64,000 bases of DNA from contig CP147780.1 in assembly GCA_037310415.1 (NCBI GenBank), forward strand, positions 672,001 through 736,000, in the 5' to 3' direction. Source of the stretch: Candidatus Atabeyarchaeum deiterrae (lineage in GTDB: Archaea > Asgardarchaeota > Atabeyarchaeia > Atabeyarchaeales > Atabeyarchaeaceae). Shown in pieces: positions 59,093 to 64,000 of this stretch. Position 1 is the first letter of the stretch. Every line of letters starts with the position of its first letter. A program made the position numbers and the translations under genes. The notes beneath the pieces were generated by a model that was not told the origin of the DNA, did no database searches, and saw nothing but the letters and a program-made list of their open reading frames with translations.

Positions 59093-59689
59093 TTATGAAT
59101 CAGTTCCTTCTCCTTGGTTGGATCCCACCGCGCCATAATCCGTGAGAGCCCGTTGATCTTCGTCCTTGTCAGCTTGTTTTACTAGTTTTCGATGCAACTG
59201 TAACTTCAGTTTCTTGGGATCTTCATCGAACCCAAAATACTCTGCGAATACCCTCGTGGTGGTGATCGCGACGGTCTTTCCGCTTGGTTCCTTTTTGATG
59301 AATCCCAGTTGATCAAGTCTGTGTATATGTTCATATGAATGGGATCCTCTGATATCGATTACTTCGGATCGCCTAATCGGCTGTCTGATAGCTATTAGCG
59401 CTAGGGTCTTGAGTTCCCCCAAGCCGAGCAAGCCTCCAGGTGATAAACGGGCAACCTTTGTTGAATACTCGGGTTTCAATTGCAGAGCATATCTACCCTT
59501 GGAAACCTCCACTATTTCAAGGGCACCAGATCTGCTCCGATATTCGTCAATAAGTTCGTTCAGAAGAGATTCGGTCTCTGGTATTCCCTCAGCTTTGGAG
59601 ATCTTCTCAAGATCTTCGAGTGCTACTGCTCTGCCTGCTGCGTACAATGCCGCTTCGATGAGTTTCTTCTTGTTGAAAGGCGAACTCAT
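59093..59689 (-). CDS. scpB: Segregation and condensation protein B (kite)
   Basis: IEAALY, TLA.IA..QP, IRG, TT..F.EYFG. Confidence 0.93.
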   Translation of the reverse strand: MSSPFNKKKLIEAALYAAGRAVALEDLEKISKAEGIPETESLLNELIDEYRSRSGALEIVEVSKGRYALQLKPEYSTKVARLSPGGLLGLGELKTLALIAIRQPIRRSEVIDIRGSHSYEHIHRLDQLGFIKKEPSGKTVAITTTRVFAEYFGFDEDPKKLKLQLHRKLVKQADKDEDQRALTDYGAVGSNQGEGTDS

Positions 59690-60387
59690 TTCCTGTTCTC
59701 TCCGTCAAGCAGAGTGATGAATATCTCTCCAAATTCCTCTTCCTGCCACAAGACTATCCTGCCGCGATTAGCAATGTGGAGGCAACTCAATAGGATTTTA
59801 ACAACTTCCTTAGGCGTTCTCTCATGGAGGAGTTGGGAGAACTTCACTATCGGCTTGGCCAAGGTCAGATTCAGGATTCTTTGAAGTGTCTCATTGATGC
59901 TTTTTTCAACGTTTACCATGTCAGGTTCAAGCTCGAAGACTAACGGTGCGATAAACAATCCTTGGTTTTCTGGTCTTTTCATATTGCTCCTGGATTCTCC
60001 TTGGAGAAGAACTCGTTCCAATGCCACCAGCAACTCATCCAAGGTAACCTTCCTTGAAGTCAGGCGAAGGGGCATCTCAAGAGGCGGAAGAACTAGCTCT
60101 TTCTCTTCCTCGGTTAACTCTGGGCTAGTATTAAGCGCTAGGAGTTGCTGTGTTTTGAGTCTGAGTATTATTGATGCAGACAGAAGTGCGCGACCTGAGA
60201 CTCTGAAATCAATCACACCGAGTTCATACATCTTCTGCAGGAATGAGGAGACCAAGTATGCTATGTCTATATCCCAAGGCGAAAGCTTGCTAGCTTTCAA
60301 TGAGTCAAGCAGAAATGACCAAGGGGGCTGCAGCCAAAATGGAGTGTTTGCTTCGCTCAGGGATTCCCACCTCGTCTCCATCGTCAT
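59686..60387 (-). CDS. scpA: Segregation and condensation protein A (kleisin)
   Basis: PWDIDI, SGR..L.ASI.LRLK, R.VTL.EL, L.Q...FG.I. Confidence 0.92.
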   Translation of the reverse strand: MTMETRWESLSEANTPFWLQPPWSFLLDSLKASKLSPWDIDIAYLVSSFLQKMYELGVIDFRVSGRALLSASIILRLKTQQLLALNTSPELTEEEKELVLPPLEMPLRLTSRKVTLDELLVALERVLLQGESRSNMKRPENQGLFIAPLVFELEPDMVNVEKSINETLQRILNLTLAKPIVKFSQLLHERTPKEVVKILLSCLHIANRGRIVLWQEEEFGEIFITLLDGENRK

Positions 60388-63300
60388 GATGCAGGTGTTT
60401 TCATCATTTCTCCAATATCCGCGGAAACGATATTTGAGACTCCGGTCTCAGCATTCCTAGAGACACCTACAAGAGAATCGGCTCTGGTCATTAGAGCCTG
60501 TTTGAGAGTAACAACTATGAATTGAGAGTTTTTTGACAATTCCTTGAGAAGATCTGCCACCCTGACTGCATTGACTTCGTCAAGAAAAGCATCGATCTCG
60601 TCCATTACGTAGAACGGAGCTGGCTGATGCTTCTGGATTGCGAACGTCAAAGCCAACGCTGTTAGTGATTTTTCTCCCCCTGATAAGGCCTCGATGTTTG
60701 CCACCTCCATGTTTGTTGTTCTCACTTTAATGGCGATTCCACCCAACAGTGGCTGATCAGTGTTTTCAAGAACGAGTTCTGCCCGGATAGTTGGAGATAG
60801 GTAGTTGAATATCTCTCTGAAGTTGTTTGATATATCATTGAACGTATCTGTGAAGATTTTCAGCTTCTCTCGCTCGATTTTCTCCATGAATTCGAGAATA
60901 GACTTTTTCTCATCCTGCACTTTATCTCGTTTTGAAATTATCTCATCATAGTTCCCTTTTACAGTGTCATGTTGTTCTATCGCTTTCATATTGACATGTC
61001 CTAATGCTGCTTGCTCTTCCTTGAATCTGCGCACTTTCTCGATGGTCTCTCTCTCATTGAGCTCTCTGTTGGACAATGACTGAAACTCAGGATACTCTTG
61101 TATTCTCTTTTCTGCAGAGGAGATTTCAGATTCTAGACTTTCTTTCCTGATGTTGAAGCCATTTATATCCATTTTTATTTGATTGGTCCGTTCTTTGATT
61201 GCATTGAGATTCTTGGAGGAGTCCCGTAACGCAGTTCTGTTCTCATTTAGTTTCTTCTTGAGTGAATCAACTTCTTCCTTCGTTTTGTCTCGTTGACTCG
61301 TAACGCTCTTGAGCTCTTCATTCAGCACATTCAACTTGGTTTGTTTGCTATCAAGATCTGATTGGAGTGAAGGAATAGCGCTCGTAATCTCGTCAATAAG
61401 CTTTTTTGTCTCTTCGCCTTGGGGAGTGAGCTGGTCGATTTTCGTGGTGCTTTGGGCTATTGAGATTTCAACTTTTCTCAGTTCACCATTCAGTTGAGTT
61501 AGTTCCTTTTCTTTCTCCTTCAACATGTCTCCGATTTTGGAGGCCTCAGACGTGTCAAGCAATGCTCTTAGTTTTTTCTCTTGGGATGAGATGGCTGACA
61601 GATTGTCTTCGAGTTTTCTGATGGTCTCGCTCGGTTCGGCTGAGTCCTTGATGACCTCCTCAAGTCTTTTGTTCTTTGAGTTCAGTTCGGTCTGGGCGTT
61701 TTGGGCTATTTGGTCAAGTTCCTTGGTTCTGTTGCTTTTCTCAGTTAGCTTTACTGCCGCTACCTCAAGCTTCTTCTCATCTATGTTGATGCTTTCCCTT
61801 AGGTCCAACGTTGTTTTTGTCAGGGTCCTAATCTTGTCATAGAGCGTCTTTCTAGTTGCCTCAAGTCCCTTCAACTCTTCCTCAAGTCTGATTAGGCTCG
61901 ATTTCTCATCTGCTTGTTTTCCTTTCCTGTAGAATCCCCCTGTTATTAGACCCGCGGGTTCTACGACATCCCCCTCCAATGTGACCCTACGTAGGTCTGA
62001 GTTCTTGAGTGAACGAGCTACAGCTAGATCCTTCACTAGCAAAGTATTCCCGAAGACGTAGTCAATTGCTGCTTCATATTCTTTGTTGAATTTGATTAGA
62101 TCGCTAATAAGGCCCATAACTCCTTCTGATTTCGGATACTTGGTAGGAATTCTGGCTTTTAGAGCGTCAAGCGGGAGAAAGGACGCTCTGCCGGTTTTCG
62201 CCTTTTTTAGGTACTCTATTAACCTTGCTGCGTCGTCTTCCGACTTTGTCACAACATAAGTAAGTCGAAAACCTGCGGAAGCTTCGACAGCGGTTGAGTA
62301 CTCGTCTGGAACTTCTATTAGATCACCAATTGTGCCGCAAATTCCTTCGTAACTCTTCTGATCCTTTAGCTTGAGGATGTCCTTTATAGCAGCTCTTCTC
62401 CCATGCGACATGAACATTCTGGTTTCTCTGATGGCATCCATCTTTGCTCTGATCCGTATCAACTCGTCTCGAATTCTCTTGATGATGGCGTCAGTCTCTT
62501 CTAACTGTTTCCGTACGGATGAAAGCTCCTGTTCATCGCGTACAAGCTCAGCTTTGGAATCAGACAAGTGGTCAATTGATGCCACTTGTTCATTCTTCAG
62601 AGTTACCATGTCGTTCTTGGCAATGGAGCTATTCTTGTTTGACTCTTCTTTGGTCTGGCGCAGTCTCGTGATTTCCTGCCCGAGGTACGTCTTTTCCTTT
62701 TCGAGAAGCTGCTGTCTCGCTATGTTTTGAGATAGCTCTGACTTCAATTCGTTGATATTTGCCACTATCTCCTCAAGTTGCTTTCTCTTCTTGCCGAATT
62801 CGCCATCGAGCTCTGAGATCTGTCCAGTGAAAAGTTTGACAGTCGCAGTCGTGTCCTCGATCCCCTTCAGCAATACCTTCCTTCTATCTTCAAAGGTCTT
62901 TATGTCGTTCGAGGTGTTCTCCACGGCTTTCTTGATATTAATCGATTTCTCTTGCAAGGACTTCAGTCTGCTTAAGTTGGATTCAACCTTCTCCTGAACA
63001 TAGTTTGAGGCATTCTCATTTTCGGAGATTTGCTGTCTAGACTCAAGGATCCGTGATTGGATTCCATCAAGTTCAGATTCTCGGCTCACTACTGCTGGTT
63101 CGATTTCGTTGGTTCTGTTAGACAGATCTTCGTGGTTCTTTGCCGCAGTCTCTTCCTCTAATTTCAGTTTGCCTAACTGGGCGTTCTTTGCGTCTAGACT
63201 CTTCAGAGCCTCCTGGAGATTAGTTTTTGCCCTAGTCAATTCAGCATGTATCAGCGATGCCTGCAGATTCTTGATCTCGTTGTCTGCTTGCTGCCATCGT

Positions 63301-63950
63301 ACTGCATCTTCCTTTTCTTTCTCCAGACGGTCGAGTTCGTCCTTTGCCATTTTGACTTTGTCGTTGATCCTTTGGAGGTTCTGGTTGACCTCTTCAAGCT
63401 CCTTCAGTGCTCTCTCCTTTTTCTCATCATAAGTTGCAATTCCAGCTATCTTTTCTATCAATTCTTTGCGTTCTTCTGGGCTTAACCTTATAATGCGAGC
63501 TAACTCACCTTGAGGTACTATGTTGTATCCTTCGGGGTCTATCCCTACCATACTTAGAATGTCAAGCAGTTCAGTTCTGGTCGTCAGGCGACCATTTAGA
63601 CGGTAAGCTCCGTGGCCCTGGCGATCAACCTGCCGCGACATCACAAGGTCGTCAGAATCGATTGGAATCTTCCTGTCAGAGTTGTCGAAGTGAAGAGTAA
63701 CGCGAGAATAGTCGGCTGGCTTCTCTGTGGATGATGACGCAGGATTATAGATGAGATCAGAGAAGGATCCTGCCCTTACAAACTTTGCACTTAGGATGCC
63801 GAGTGTGAAACAGATTGCATCAAGGACGTTGCTCTTACCGCTACCGTTAGCTCCAACGACGGCCGTAAGCCCTTTAGAGAATCTTAGGCTCACGGTTTTC
63901 CTTCCGAAGGATTTGAACCCTCTTAGGACGATTTTTCTCAAGTACACCAA
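60384..63950 (-). CDS. smc: Chromosome partition protein SMC
   Basis: GFKSFG, GANGSGKSN, coiled coils, hinge GR.SFLPL, LSGGEK, DEID. Confidence 0.98.
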   Translation of the reverse strand: MVYLRKIVLRGFKSFGRKTVSLRFSKGLTAVVGANGSGKSNVLDAICFTLGILSAKFVRAGSFSDLIYNPASSSTEKPADYSRVTLHFDNSDRKIPIDSDDLVMSRQVDRQGHGAYRLNGRLTTRTELLDILSMVGIDPEGYNIVPQGELARIIRLSPEERKELIEKIAGIATYDEKKERALKELEEVNQNLQRINDKVKMAKDELDRLEKEKEDAVRWQQADNEIKNLQASLIHAELTRAKTNLQEALKSLDAKNAQLGKLKLEEETAAKNHEDLSNRTNEIEPAVVSRESELDGIQSRILESRQQISENENASNYVQEKVESNLSRLKSLQEKSINIKKAVENTSNDIKTFEDRRKVLLKGIEDTTATVKLFTGQISELDGEFGKKRKQLEEIVANINELKSELSQNIARQQLLEKEKTYLGQEITRLRQTKEESNKNSSIAKNDMVTLKNEQVASIDHLSDSKAELVRDEQELSSVRKQLEETDAIIKRIRDELIRIRAKMDAIRETRMFMSHGRRAAIKDILKLKDQKSYEGICGTIGDLIEVPDEYSTAVEASAGFRLTYVVTKSEDDAARLIEYLKKAKTGRASFLPLDALKARIPTKYPKSEGVMGLISDLIKFNKEYEAAIDYVFGNTLLVKDLAVARSLKNSDLRRVTLEGDVVEPAGLITGGFYRKGKQADEKSSLIRLEEELKGLEATRKTLYDKIRTLTKTTLDLRESINIDEKKLEVAAVKLTEKSNRTKELDQIAQNAQTELNSKNKRLEEVIKDSAEPSETIRKLEDNLSAISSQEKKLRALLDTSEASKIGDMLKEKEKELTQLNGELRKVEISIAQSTTKIDQLTPQGEETKKLIDEITSAIPSLQSDLDSKQTKLNVLNEELKSVTSQRDKTKEEVDSLKKKLNENRTALRDSSKNLNAIKERTNQIKMDINGFNIRKESLESEISSAEKRIQEYPEFQSLSNRELNERETIEKVRRFKEEQAALGHVNMKAIEQHDTVKGNYDEIISKRDKVQDEKKSILEFMEKIEREKLKIFTDTFNDISNNFREIFNYLSPTIRAELVLENTDQPLLGGIAIKVRTTNMEVANIEALSGGEKSLTALALTFAIQKHQPAPFYVMDEIDAFLDEVNAVRVADLLKELSKNSQFIVVTLKQALMTRADSLVGVSRNAETGVSNIVSADIGEMMKTPAS

Positions 63951-64000
63951 GGGAACCTCACCGCTCGCAAATGTAAGAGCTAATGTCCGTTTTGTGTACC

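Noticed and set aside
1-64000. CRISPR arrays, IS elements, integrases, att sites, inteins, defence systems
   Set aside because: None seen by eye; MCM, Hel308, TFB and SMC have normal lengths. Weak repeats could have been missed without tools.

Overview
Core chromosomal region of an archaeon, most likely Asgard (inference from an MglA-like GTPase with three roadblock genes, one dynein-LC-like, plus Elf1, EMC6-like and C34/TFE-beta-like genes). It holds about 60 mostly housekeeping CDS covering tRNA maturation (TtuA, archease, Trm11, RNase Z, CCA enzyme, Trm1), replication, repair and chromosome structure (RPA, NucS, GINS-MCM-Hel308, SMC-ScpA-ScpB), TFB, SRP19, and a fumarate hydratase plus thiol:fumarate reductase (TfrAB-like) cluster. 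I saw no CRISPR array, transposase or integrase. The most notable signal is in the RNA genes. The SRP RNA (1803-2152, minus strand) carries a 31-nt insertion in the Alu-domain helix-3 loop bounded by a perfect bulge-helix-bulge (BHB) motif. Excising it restores a 319-nt RNA and a 6-bp Alu loop-loop pairing, so it appears to be a tRNA-type intron in SRP RNA. It sits head-to-head with a double-intron tRNA-Ser followed by the archease gene. The four tRNA genes carry eight introns in total, six at non-canonical positions. All calls were made by eye from motifs; no searches were run.
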